Positions 40,788 to 49,737 of a DNA stretch of 59,322 bases are shown here, piece after piece. The DNA is taken from assembly GCA_905612265.1 (NCBI GenBank), contig CAJQRI010000015.1, forward strand, positions 1 through 59,322, given 5' to 3'. The stretch's first letter is position 1. Each line of letters starts with the position of its first letter. The notes beneath the pieces were generated by a model, which did no database searches, was not told the origin of the DNA, and worked only from the letters and a program-made list of their open reading frames with translations. Origin of the DNA: an uncultured Nitrospinota bacterium. Its GTDB lineage: Bacteria > Nitrospinota > Nitrospinia > Nitrospinales > VA-1. Made by a program: the position numbers and the translations under genes.

Positions 40788-42002
40788 TCACTCTGAGGAA
40801 AGAACATTCGGTTTCCCATCCACCCTATAAAAGTCCACTTCACGGCGATCGAGCTCGAAGGGCACATCCCACCAAGGCCCTGAATAGGAAGACGGAATGC
40901 GAAAACCAATTAAATCAGCCTTTTGGCCGGAAGCCAACTTGCCACACGGCAAACCCAAAGCCTCTGCGCCTCCGAAGGTTGCCATGGTAAGTATTTCCTT
41001 TCGGCTTACATCCGGTAAAAGCTTATCTGCCATACGCAATTCATCGAGGAAATTGAGAGAATTGCTACTGGCCAATGAATCTGTTCCGAGAGCCACGGTA
41101 ATGCCTCGATCTAATAAAGCGCGAACTGGCATTAAATTTGTACGGCCAAACCATTCGGAGCTTTGCGGACAAAACACGGCGCCGACTTTTTTCTCGGCCA
41201 TCAAATCAAGATCGTCTGAAACAAAATTGCAATGCACAGCAATCAGACGGTCCAAAATTCCCAGAGAAGAAAGATATTGCATAGGCGATTTATAAGGAGG
41301 CTGCCATTTCGGATCCCAGGCAGATCGCTCTTTTAATAATCCTTCCAGTGAATCATCGCCAAGCACAAGGAACCGACCCTCTTCTTTAATCTCAGCAACA
41401 TGGCAGGAAACCGGACAATGATACTGTTGCGCAAGCTGCCCTATAGACCGGAACAAACCCGGTGAAACAGAATATGGTGCATGCGGGGCCAAACCCAACT
41501 GACAAATTGATGAAGGGTTACCGCGCAATAGAACCTCTTCCGCATTTTCACAAAGCTCTTGTGCTTTTTCGGGGTGAAACCCTATCGTCTCCAAAAATAA
41601 CACCGACCTAAAACCCAAATCACCAATCACGGATAATAGTTCAGGGTCTGAAACGTAATCCCCCAACGCTGTCACTCCCGAATGCCGCATCACTTCAGCT
41701 CCAGAACGAATTCCCTCAACCCGGCTGTCGTCATCAAGAGCCGAGTTGAGAGAGATCAACGCGCGAATCCAATTTACAAATGAATCGGTAGGGGAAATTT
41801 TTTTTTCAAAGGCCGTTAAGCTGATGTGACTATGCGCATTGATAAACCCTGGCATAAGCAGGTAGTCGGAGAGATCCAGCGCAGCATCATCATTGCCCGA
41901 TTGAGTTACAATCTCGACAATGTTTCCGTCCTTAATGATCAACTCACCGTTTTCAATGGGGTCTCCACACATTGTCAGTAACGCTCGAAAATTTATTTTC
42001 AC
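40788..42002 (-). CDS. Metal-dependent amidohydrolase (nucleoside/aminofutalosine/MTA-deaminase-like, chlorohydrolase family)
   Basis: 404 aa with a GTG start. It has the HxH metal motif (PGFINAHSHISL), later HC/HV histidines (AVHCNFV, VSCHVAE) and a C-terminal LGTDSLASS aspartate motif. The substrate cannot be assigned by eye. Confidence 0.75.
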   Translation of the reverse strand: MKINFRALLTMCGDPIENGELIIKDGNIVEIVTQSGNDDAALDLSDYLLMPGFINAHSHISLTAFEKKISPTDSFVNWIRALISLNSALDDDSRVEGIRSGAEVMRHSGVTALGDYVSDPELLSVIGDLGFRSVLFLETIGFHPEKAQELCENAEEVLLRGNPSSICQLGLAPHAPYSVSPGLFRSIGQLAQQYHCPVSCHVAEIKEEGRFLVLGDDSLEGLLKERSAWDPKWQPPYKSPMQYLSSLGILDRLIAVHCNFVSDDLDLMAEKKVGAVFCPQSSEWFGRTNLMPVRALLDRGITVALGTDSLASSNSLNFLDELRMADKLLPDVSRKEILTMATFGGAEALGLPCGKLASGQKADLIGFRIPSSYSGPWWDVPFELDRREVDFYRVDGKPNVLSSE

Positions 42003-42012
42003 GGTCTCATTT

Positions 42013-42471
42013 TCAAAAAAAAGTTAAACCCATGTACTGCTGATATGCAGGCCCTAATTGTTCCAACAAAACTTTCTCTTCAGCTTTAGCCCGGAAGATA
42101 TTTAATGGCACCACCACCACCAGCACATAGATTAAGGAAGGCACAGAGCCACAAGCCACAAACAATCCGGTCAAGGTCAAAACGATTCCCATATAAATCG
42201 GGTGACGAAAAATCCGGTAAAGTCCCTTGGTGACCAATTTCTCTGTTCCCGGAAGAACTGCAAGCGAAGAACCCAGTGACCACATTGCGGCAATCCATAA
42301 AAGAACACCTATTGCACCCACAAACAACCCCGCATAAACCAACTCCCGAAACCCGAAGCCAAAATTTTTCGGGCCGAGATAGGCAAACACCAAAGGAAAC
42401 AGGTAAAGCATAGGCACCAGAATGTTCAATAAAAATTTCTGGTTAGAACTGAGGGATTTAAAATCTAGCAT
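42013..42471 (-). CDS. ICMT/PEMT-family membrane methyltransferase
   Basis: 152 aa with 4-5 TM helices. The C-terminal LVTKGLYRIFRHPIYMGIVL...FRAKAEEKVLLEQLGPAYQQY is typical of isoprenylcysteine carboxyl / phospholipid methyltransferase-like proteins. Confidence 0.7.
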   Translation of the reverse strand: MLDFKSLSSNQKFLLNILVPMLYLFPLVFAYLGPKNFGFGFRELVYAGLFVGAIGVLLWIAAMWSLGSSLAVLPGTEKLVTKGLYRIFRHPIYMGIVLTLTGLFVACGSVPSLIYVLVVVVPLNIFRAKAEEKVLLEQLGPAYQQYMGLTFF

Positions 42472-42540
42472 TTGTCTAAAGTGTTTTTGACTAACTAAGA
42501 GTTACATTAAGCAAAACCCACTGGTGGTGAATCACCCTAA

Positions 42541-42559
42541 CCCTCTTTGAGAAAGAGGG
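42541..42559. terminator. Perfect 8-bp hairpin between lpxK and the ICMT-like gene (possible attenuator or weak terminator)
   Basis: CCCTCTTT-GAG-AAAGAGGG. On the minus strand only TT follows the stem, so it is not a canonical intrinsic terminator. Confidence 0.3.
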
Positions 42560-42632
42560 CGTAAAGTTTATTAAATCACGCTAATCAATTTTTCCGTTCA
42601 ACAAATTATTGTCCAGTGGGTCCAGCATCACG

Positions 42633-43703
42633 CTAGCTATGCCCGGCAGTGATTTGTTTGTTGAAAGTTTCGCGTCCTTCGATAATTTCAAGCTCGATCA
42701 CCACCTTAAAAAAGGGCAAGGTGAATTTCATATCCTTGAGCTTCACTGCATCTTTTTCTGGGAGAAGGATAAACTTCGCGCCTTCTTTTATCGCACGGGC
42801 TTCAAATTTTTTAATGTCCTGCAAAGTGTAGGGATGGTGATCGGGAAAGTACTTGAAAAATTTTGGTTGGATCTGCGAGTCCAGCAAAATCTGTCTGAAG
42901 CCTTCCGGCTTGGCAATTCCGCAAAATGCGGCGACCGGTTCATTCTTTAATGTTTCTGCACCCAACACTTCCTCATCATCCATACGAATTATGGAATCCA
43001 GGCGAAGATGTGTCTTTACCTGCGTAACAGAACCCAAGAGGCGTGGATCAAAATTAATGGCACCGCCAGAATAATGGGTGAAGCAGACCATATCTGCTCT
43101 TCGTGTTTCTCCAGCAGGTTCGCGCAGTTCTCCTGCCGGAAACAGATAACCGTTACCCAGCGGCCTGAAATGGTCGAAAAGCAGGATGTCCAGATCGCGA
43201 TCTAATGCTAGATGCTGGAATCCATCATCCAGAACCAGAGTATCAATATCAAAATGCTCGAGCGCATACCGCCCTGTCTGATAACGGTCCGGTCCGGTAA
43301 TTACCGGAACGTTTTTGAGTTTCTCCGCCATCATGACCGCCTCATCACCTACCCATTCCGGGGAGAGAAGCATCTGCCTCCCATCACAGACCACATTGAC
43401 GGGATTGCAGGACTTTCCCCCATAACCACGGCTAAGAATTGCAGGTTTGAGTCCATTTCCTCTGAGAGTTTCAGCGATCATCATGACAAATGGGGTTTTT
43501 CCTGTTCCACCCAAGGTTAGGTTGCCAACGCTGATCACCCGGCAGTCGAGTTTGCGGCTGGGGAACACTCCCCATCTGTAAGCCCAGAGACGAAAATAGT
43601 GGCCCAGTGAATAAACAAAGGACATGAGTATCAAGATCGCAAAAACCGGAAAGCAGTACCATTTGCGATCAGGCGATATAATTTTATAAAAAAATTTGGA
43701 CAT
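42633..43703 (-). CDS. lpxK: Tetraacyldisaccharide 4'-kinase
   Basis: 356 aa with an N-terminal TM anchor followed by the P-loop VISVGNLTLGGTGKTPFV and ILSRGYGG. Confidence 0.93.
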   Translation of the reverse strand: MSKFFYKIISPDRKWYCFPVFAILILMSFVYSLGHYFRLWAYRWGVFPSRKLDCRVISVGNLTLGGTGKTPFVMMIAETLRGNGLKPAILSRGYGGKSCNPVNVVCDGRQMLLSPEWVGDEAVMMAEKLKNVPVITGPDRYQTGRYALEHFDIDTLVLDDGFQHLALDRDLDILLFDHFRPLGNGYLFPAGELREPAGETRRADMVCFTHYSGGAINFDPRLLGSVTQVKTHLRLDSIIRMDDEEVLGAETLKNEPVAAFCGIAKPEGFRQILLDSQIQPKFFKYFPDHHPYTLQDIKKFEARAIKEGAKFILLPEKDAVKLKDMKFTLPFFKVVIELEIIEGRETFNKQITAGHS

Positions 43704-43813
43704 GATTTTTTGGCCAGACTTTAACGGGCATCTCCAATAATAGCTACTTGAGAATTCTAAAAATTTGCAATTTTTAGAGGCCCTCTAATATTTTAGGAGT
43801 ATACTCCTAGCTT

Positions 43814-45052
43814 ATGGATTTTTTGTATTATATTCTTGTGGGAGGGCTACTGCTTTTGGCTTCTCCTTTTCTCACTTTAAGAGCTCTGATCTCTTCCTCT
43901 TTCCGCAATGAAATCAAGGGGAGAATGAAGGGAGCGAACTCCCTACCAGAACTAAAAGATACCTTGTGGATTCATGCCTCATCGGTAGGAGAAGTCCGCC
44001 TGGCTAAAGTTCTCATTGCAGGCCTTATAAAGGAAGGGGAATCCCGCCCTATTGCCCTGTCCACGTTTACCCCCACCGGTTATGCCCTGGCTCTGGAAGA
44101 AAAGCTTCCCAACGTATTTAGACTGCCGCTGGATTTCCCGCTCTGGCTGAATCCTGTCTTTGATCGTTTACAGCCTGCTAAACTGGTTCTGATTGAAGCG
44201 GAGTTATGGCCTACTTTGCTTCGTCAATGTAAACGCCGTAGCATTCCCGTCATCCAGGTAAATGGAAGGATCTCGGAAAAGTCTGTTCGGAACTATAGAA
44301 AATTCCCAGCCATCCTGTTATGGATGACTGAATCAATCGGACAGTTTTCTATGCGATCTCAAACCGATGCAGATCGGTTTTTGCAGTTAGGCGTGGCTAA
44401 TAAAAAAGTTCTGGTTACAGGAAACATAAAATTTGATTTGACTTCCGAGGCGGGGAATTCGTTCCAGCCGCAATGGAAAGACGACTCTATGATCCTGGTT
44501 TTTGGTTCCACCCGGCCGGGAGAAGAAGGTCCTATCATGGACGCACTAGTTCGACTCCAAAAAGAATTCCCCAACCTGGTCGGGGTGATTGCCCCCAGAC
44601 ATATGGAAAGATGCCGGGAAGTCGAAGACTTGATCCGGGAGTTCGAAGTCGAGTATGCCTTGCTTTCTAAACAGGGTAACCTGACAAACTGTAATGTCTT
44701 ACTGTTAGACAGTCTGGGAAAACTCAATGCTTTTTACAAAAGCGCAACTGTGACCTATGTTGGAGGTGGATTCAATCCTCGATTCGGAGGTCACAATATT
44801 CTCGAACCAGCGGCATTGGGAAAGCCGGTTCTATTCGGCAAGTTCATGAATAATTTTGAAGAAGAAGCGAAACTTCTCAAGCAGTCTGAAGGTGGTCTGC
44901 AACTGCAGAATATAGAAGAACTCTACGATGTTTTAAAATGGTTACTGATGAACCCGGACGAACGCCAGAAGCTAAGCCAATCTGCGGAAAAAACAGTCAA
45001 GGCCAACAGCGGTGCCTTAAGAAAGAATATTGAGCTCATCCGCTCAACATAG
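43814..45052 (+). CDS. waaA: 3-deoxy-D-manno-octulosonic acid (Kdo) transferase, copy 1
   Basis: 412 aa with an N-terminal TM anchor, WIHASSVGEV, VNGRISEKSVRNY and the C-terminal GGGF...GGHNILEPAALGKPVLFG. It is divergent from lpxK. Confidence 0.9.
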   Translation: MDFLYYILVGGLLLLASPFLTLRALISSSFRNEIKGRMKGANSLPELKDTLWIHASSVGEVRLAKVLIAGLIKEGESRPIALSTFTPTGYALALEEKLPNVFRLPLDFPLWLNPVFDRLQPAKLVLIEAELWPTLLRQCKRRSIPVIQVNGRISEKSVRNYRKFPAILLWMTESIGQFSMRSQTDADRFLQLGVANKKVLVTGNIKFDLTSEAGNSFQPQWKDDSMILVFGSTRPGEEGPIMDALVRLQKEFPNLVGVIAPRHMERCREVEDLIREFEVEYALLSKQGNLTNCNVLLLDSLGKLNAFYKSATVTYVGGGFNPRFGGHNILEPAALGKPVLFGKFMNNFEEEAKLLKQSEGGLQLQNIEELYDVLKWLLMNPDERQKLSQSAEKTVKANSGALRKNIELIRST

Positions 45053-45069
45053 GTAGAGCCTCCTATTAG

Positions 45070-46335
45070 ATGATTTATTTTTACCACCTTCTATCGCTTT
45101 TCATTTCAATCCTTCTGCTCCCCCTGTTCTCACTCATAGCTCTGCCCTCTAAACATAAACGGAAAGGACTAGCCCATCATTTTGGATGGGTTCCTGCCAC
45201 AAAAATATCGGAAAGACAAACCCTCTGGCTGCATGCACTTTCGATGGGAGAGGTCGTGGCCGCAACGCCGGTTCTCAAGCTGGTACGTGAGCATAACCCT
45301 AGCCTCACTATCGCGCTGTCCGTCACCACTGAGTCGGGTTATACCACAGCACTCAAGATGAACATCGCCGACAATGTGTTTTTTCATCCACTGGATTGCC
45401 TACCGTTCACTCTACTGGCTTTGAAACGGATCAATCCCAATCTTCATGTTGTCACCGACACGGGGTTCTGGCCCGGCTTGATTGATTTGTTACATAGAAA
45501 AAAGACTCCCATTCTTTTATTCAACGGCCGTATCTCCGAAAAGTCAGCTCGCCGGTATCTTATTGCTGGCTCCCTTTTCAAAGATACCTTTCAAAATTTT
45601 CATCATCTAGGCATGCAAAACAACAATGGAGTAAAAGCCGCTCTCAATCTAGGTGTGACCCCAGAACGTATTGAGGTGATGGGCGATCCAAAATATGACG
45701 CGCAGCAAACGCTGACCGATGAAGAAAAAAAGCAATTACGAAAAACTTTTAAGCTGGAGGAGGGCACACCATTATGGATAGCAGGCAGTACCCATGCCGG
45801 TGAGGAAGAAATTATTCTGGATGCTCACCAGCAATTGGCCGCTGAACACCCCAACCTAGTTTTAATTCTTGCTCCACGCAGAATAGAACGAGTAGAAGCA
45901 GTGGCCACACTACTTAAAAAGAGAAACATTTCTTTTGCCCTGCGGTCATCTCTGAAACAGGCAGAAACCGTCATTCTCCTCGATACCATGGGCGAACTGG
46001 CCAAGGTTTATTCGTTGGGGCAGGTGGCATTCATTGGCAAAAGCTTGGTAAAACCGGGCGGAGGCCACAGCCTGATCGAACCTCTATCTTACGGCTTGCC
46101 AGTATTGCATGGACCTTTTATTGAAAATATCGGCCATGTCGCCGACAAAGCACATGAGCTAGAGCTAGCTATAACAGTGCAAAACTCTAGGGATATCAAA
46201 GAAAAAGTGTATAACTTTCTGAAAAACAAAAACCTGCGTCAAGAACTAACAGAAAAGGCCCTCTCCTTCACCACAGAGCAAAAAGGCGCCTCTGAAAAAA
46301 TGGCTAAAATCATTACAAAAACCCTAACAATTTAA
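45070..46335 (+). CDS. Kdo-transferase family glycosyltransferase, divergent copy 2
   Basis: 421 aa, starting 17 nt after copy 1. It shares the family blocks (WLHALSMGEV, FNGRISEKSARRY, GGGHSLIEPLSYGLPVLHG) but is clearly diverged from copy 1 elsewhere. Confidence 0.85.
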   Translation: MIYFYHLLSLFISILLLPLFSLIALPSKHKRKGLAHHFGWVPATKISERQTLWLHALSMGEVVAATPVLKLVREHNPSLTIALSVTTESGYTTALKMNIADNVFFHPLDCLPFTLLALKRINPNLHVVTDTGFWPGLIDLLHRKKTPILLFNGRISEKSARRYLIAGSLFKDTFQNFHHLGMQNNNGVKAALNLGVTPERIEVMGDPKYDAQQTLTDEEKKQLRKTFKLEEGTPLWIAGSTHAGEEEIILDAHQQLAAEHPNLVLILAPRRIERVEAVATLLKKRNISFALRSSLKQAETVILLDTMGELAKVYSLGQVAFIGKSLVKPGGGHSLIEPLSYGLPVLHGPFIENIGHVADKAHELELAITVQNSRDIKEKVYNFLKNKNLRQELTEKALSFTTEQKGASEKMAKIITKTLTI

Positions 46336-46724
46336 TCCCCAAGCCAATACTCCCTCCTCTTTAAAAAACCTTTAAACTGTGTCACCAGTCTGAAAGTAAT
46401 AAGTCCCGCATTTTTAATGTGAATCAAATGGTGCAGAGCACAAAAAATAGTTTTCCTTTATCAAAATTAAATTCTACAAGTTATTTTAATTTTCATCAGA
46501 GGCATCTCGGTTTATGAAATTAGGAACACGAATCACTTTAAGATTTGTGGTATTGGGGTTTTTTACAATTACCGCAATAGTTCTAGAAAGCTCTGTCATA
46601 TCATCAGGGTCGGGCCAACGGACAATAGCTATCGTTTACTAGTAAATGTTTTGTCATTGGCTTTATGCTAAAATTTGTATTCTTAAATTTGATTCAACTT
46701 TTTCTTATGGATAATGCTCAATCT

Positions 46725-49214
46725 ATGAACCCTTACGAACCCAATTCCATCGAATCCAAATGGCAGGCTTTCTGGGAAAAAAATAAGTCGTTTAAAGTCG
46801 AGTTAGACTCTTCCAAAGAAAAATATTACCTGCTGGAAATGTTTCCCTATCCATCTGGAAGAATCCACATGGGCCATGTGCGCAATTATACCATCGGCGA
46901 TGCGCTAGCCCGATTCAAACGCATGCAAGGCTTTAACGTTCTGCACCCACTGGGTTGGGATGCATTTGGAATGCCGGCAGAGAACGCCGCCATTAAAAAC
47001 AAGACCCACCCTGCCGAATGGACATTTGAAAACATTCGTACCATGCGTAAGCAGATTAAGGCATTGGGGCTCAGCTACGACTGGGACCGAGAAATCGCAA
47101 CCTGCCATCCTGGTTATTATAAATGGAATCAATGGTTTTTTCTAAAGTTCCTGGAAAAAGGCATCGCCTACCGAAAAAACTCCACCATCAACTGGTGTGA
47201 AGACTGTCACACAGTGCTCGCCAACGAACAGGTTGTGAATGGCTGTTGCTGGCGATGCGACAACGAAGTCTTGCAAAAACAACAGGAAGGATGGTTCTTC
47301 AAAATCACCGACTATGCTGATCGGCTCCTAGAAGGTTGTAAAACCCTTGCAGGGAAATGGCCGGAACAAGTGCTGACGATGCAATCCAACTGGATCGGTA
47401 AAAGTTTTGGTGCTGAAGTAGACTTTAAAGTCCAACAAAGTGACGAAGTCATTAAAGTGTTCACCACCCGCCCTGACACTTTATATGGAGCAATGTTCAT
47501 GGTGCTTGCGCCCGAACATCCGCTCACCGGGAAGCTTTCACGCGGGACCGAACAGGAAAAAGTGATTGATGCTTTTGTGAAAAAGGTAAAAGTGCAAGAC
47601 ACCATAGCCCGAACCAGTGAAGGTGGCGAAAAGGAAGGTGTATTCACCGGTGCTTATGCCTTGAATCCCTTGACTGGAGAATCCATTCCTGTATGGACGG
47701 CCAACTTTGTACTGATGGATTATGGCACCGGCGCTATCATGTCTGTGCCCGCCCATGATCAGAGAGATTTGGATTTTGCCCGCAAATATGATTTGCCTGT
47801 CCGGGTGGTCATCCAACCAGAATCCGGCCCGGTTGATGCAGACACTCAAGCGTTTACAGCTGATGGCACAATGGTGAGCTCCGCTTCCTTCGATGGGCTC
47901 ATCGGTCAGGAAGCCCGCAGAGCGGTTTGCCAGTATCTAGAAAAAGAAGGTATCGGAAAAGCCACGATCAATTACCGGCTTCGCGATTGGGGAGTCTCCC
48001 GACAACGTTATTGGGGAACACCCATTCCAGTCATCCATTGTTCAAATTGCGGGATTGTACCCGTTCCTGAAAACCAACTACCAGTCGAGTTGCCTCTCGA
48101 TGCGCAATTGGGGGAAAACGGCCAATCTCCATTGCACACTCTTGAATCTTTCTATAAAGCACCCTGTCCAAAATGTGGATCCGATGCCCGTCGTGATACC
48201 GACACCCTCGATACTTTTCTTTGCTCTTCCTGGTATTTTGACCGCTACACGTCACCCCGAATAGAAGATGCGCCCTTCAGCAAAGAGAACAGCAATTACT
48301 GGATGCCGGTCGACCAATATGTCGGTGGTATTGAACACGCCATTTTGCATCTCCTTTATTCCCGGTTCTTCAACTTGGTGCTGAACGATCTTGGGCTAAC
48401 TCAGGCTCTCGAACCTTTTAATCACCTGCTGACACAGGGTATGGTCATTAAGGATGGTGCAAAAATGTCTAAGTCCAAGGGTAATGTCATTGACCCTGAC
48501 GAAATTATCAGCAACTACGGTGCCGACACAGCCCGAATCTTTATTCTGTTTGCCGCCCCACCTGTGAAGGATCTGGAGTGGAGCGATCAGGGCGTGGAAG
48601 GGTGCTCCCGATTTTTAAAAAGAGTATGGCGCATTTTTAGCGAATTCATCGAAGAAACCAAAACAGTGACATTACCGGATGACTCTTTCACAACCACCGT
48701 TCCAGAAATCAAAGCTCTTCGGAGAATGACCCATATTACCATCCGGCGAGTGACCGATGATATCGAAACAAGGTTGCAATTCAACACGGCCATTGCCGCA
48801 ATTATGGAACTAGTCAACCATCTCTTCAACTTCAAGGAATGGTGGGCAAACAACCGCGATGAAACAGGCCTGATAGCCATGCGGGAAGCTTTGGAAACAT
48901 TAATCCTGACATTGTCTCCTTTCGCTCCACACATTGCTGAGGAAATGGCGGCTGAAATGGGGCTCCCTAAAACTCTGGGTCAGTGGGCCTGGCCCCGATA
49001 CAACGAGGCTTTGACGCAAACTGATGAAATGTTGATCGTCCTCCAAGTCAATGGTAAGGTGAGACAGAAAATTTCTGTTGCTTCCGGAATCAGCGAAGAC
49101 GATTTAAAAACCCGGTCTCTGGAAGACTCTAAAATCCGGGAATGGACCCAGGGTAAAGAAATCAAAAAAGTGATTGTCATCCCAAAAAAGCTTGTAAACA
49201 TCGTTATCCAATGA
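46725..49214 (+). CDS. leuS: Leucine--tRNA ligase
   Basis: It has HMGH (PYPSGRIHMGHVRNY), KMSKS (GAKMSKSKGN) and the CP1 editing domain. I place the start at ATG 46725 (MNPYEPNSIESKWQAFWEKNKSF, aligning with the E. coli N-terminus). ATGs at 46707 and 46665 are upstream alternatives, and none has a good SD. Confidence 0.93.
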   Translation: MNPYEPNSIESKWQAFWEKNKSFKVELDSSKEKYYLLEMFPYPSGRIHMGHVRNYTIGDALARFKRMQGFNVLHPLGWDAFGMPAENAAIKNKTHPAEWTFENIRTMRKQIKALGLSYDWDREIATCHPGYYKWNQWFFLKFLEKGIAYRKNSTINWCEDCHTVLANEQVVNGCCWRCDNEVLQKQQEGWFFKITDYADRLLEGCKTLAGKWPEQVLTMQSNWIGKSFGAEVDFKVQQSDEVIKVFTTRPDTLYGAMFMVLAPEHPLTGKLSRGTEQEKVIDAFVKKVKVQDTIARTSEGGEKEGVFTGAYALNPLTGESIPVWTANFVLMDYGTGAIMSVPAHDQRDLDFARKYDLPVRVVIQPESGPVDADTQAFTADGTMVSSASFDGLIGQEARRAVCQYLEKEGIGKATINYRLRDWGVSRQRYWGTPIPVIHCSNCGIVPVPENQLPVELPLDAQLGENGQSPLHTLESFYKAPCPKCGSDARRDTDTLDTFLCSSWYFDRYTSPRIEDAPFSKENSNYWMPVDQYVGGIEHAILHLLYSRFFNLVLNDLGLTQALEPFNHLLTQGMVIKDGAKMSKSKGNVIDPDEIISNYGADTARIFILFAAPPVKDLEWSDQGVEGCSRFLKRVWRIFSEFIEETKTVTLPDDSFTTTVPEIKALRRMTHITIRRVTDDIETRLQFNTAIAAIMELVNHLFNFKEWWANNRDETGLIAMREALETLILTLSPFAPHIAEEMAAEMGLPKTLGQWAWPRYNEALTQTDEMLIVLQVNGKVRQKISVASGISEDDLKTRSLEDSKIREWTQGKEIKKVIVIPKKLVNIVIQ

Positions 49215-49723
49215 AAAACTTGTCTTTAAATTTATGTGTATTGCTCACCCTGTTCCTCAATGGGTGCGGGTATCATTTGACAGGAACAGGGTCTACCCTG
49301 CCGGAGCATTTAAAAACACTTTCCATTCCCGTGTTCACCAATAGCTCTTCCCAACCGGAAATTCATCGCGAGTTAACAAGTGCTATTATTAACGCCTTCA
49401 TTACAGATGGAAGGGTTAAAGTTGTCCGCAAGGGTCAGTCCGACATGGTGATGAAAGGAAACCTTATTCACTATGAATTGAAGACTCTCTCGTTCAGCGC
49501 CAATGCTTTTGCCGGTGATTACATCGTAGTACTTGGTGTGGATGTTGAAGTGACCGACAGGGTGAAGAACGAGCCTTACTTGAAACAAAATTTAAAAACC
49601 GAATGGAATTACACTGCCACCTCAGACATTGTTGATACAGAGTCGGCCCGGTTAGTCGCCCTGGAAGAGGCTTATCGAGTACTGGGCAACCGATTAGTGA
49701 GCCTGCTTGTTAACCAGTTTTAA
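49211..49723 (+). CDS. lptE: LPS-assembly lipoprotein LptE
   Basis: 170 aa with lipobox LNGC followed by GYHLTG, the typical LptE N-terminus. It shows ATGA overlap with the leuS stop and the conserved leuS-lptE-holA synteny. Confidence 0.85.
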   Translation: MKNLSLNLCVLLTLFLNGCGYHLTGTGSTLPEHLKTLSIPVFTNSSSQPEIHRELTSAIINAFITDGRVKVVRKGQSDMVMKGNLIHYELKTLSFSANAFAGDYIVVLGVDVEVTDRVKNEPYLKQNLKTEWNYTATSDIVDTESARLVALEEAYRVLGNRLVSLLVNQF

Positions 49724-49737
49724 CCTTTTATTCCACC

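Noticed and set aside
40721-40990. Small ORFs 40721-40909 (minus strand) and 40724-40990 (plus strand) at the amidohydrolase 3' end
   Set aside because: They overlap the well-supported amidohydrolase gene, have odd composition (Arg/Pro/His-rich) and show no start context.
42516-42620. 8-nt inverted repeat (CCCACTGG ... CCAGTGGG) flanking the lpxK-downstream spacer, considered as a MITE-like element or structured RNA
   Set aside because: The match is too short to rise above chance, there are no target-site duplications, and I found no other copies in the window.
46336-46724. T-box riboswitch or Leu leader-peptide attenuator upstream of leuS
   Set aside because: I could find no T-box consensus-like sequence or specifier/antiterminator arrangement by eye, and the only mini-ORF has no run of Leu codons. 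The region is kept only as a low-interest finding pending an Rfam scan.
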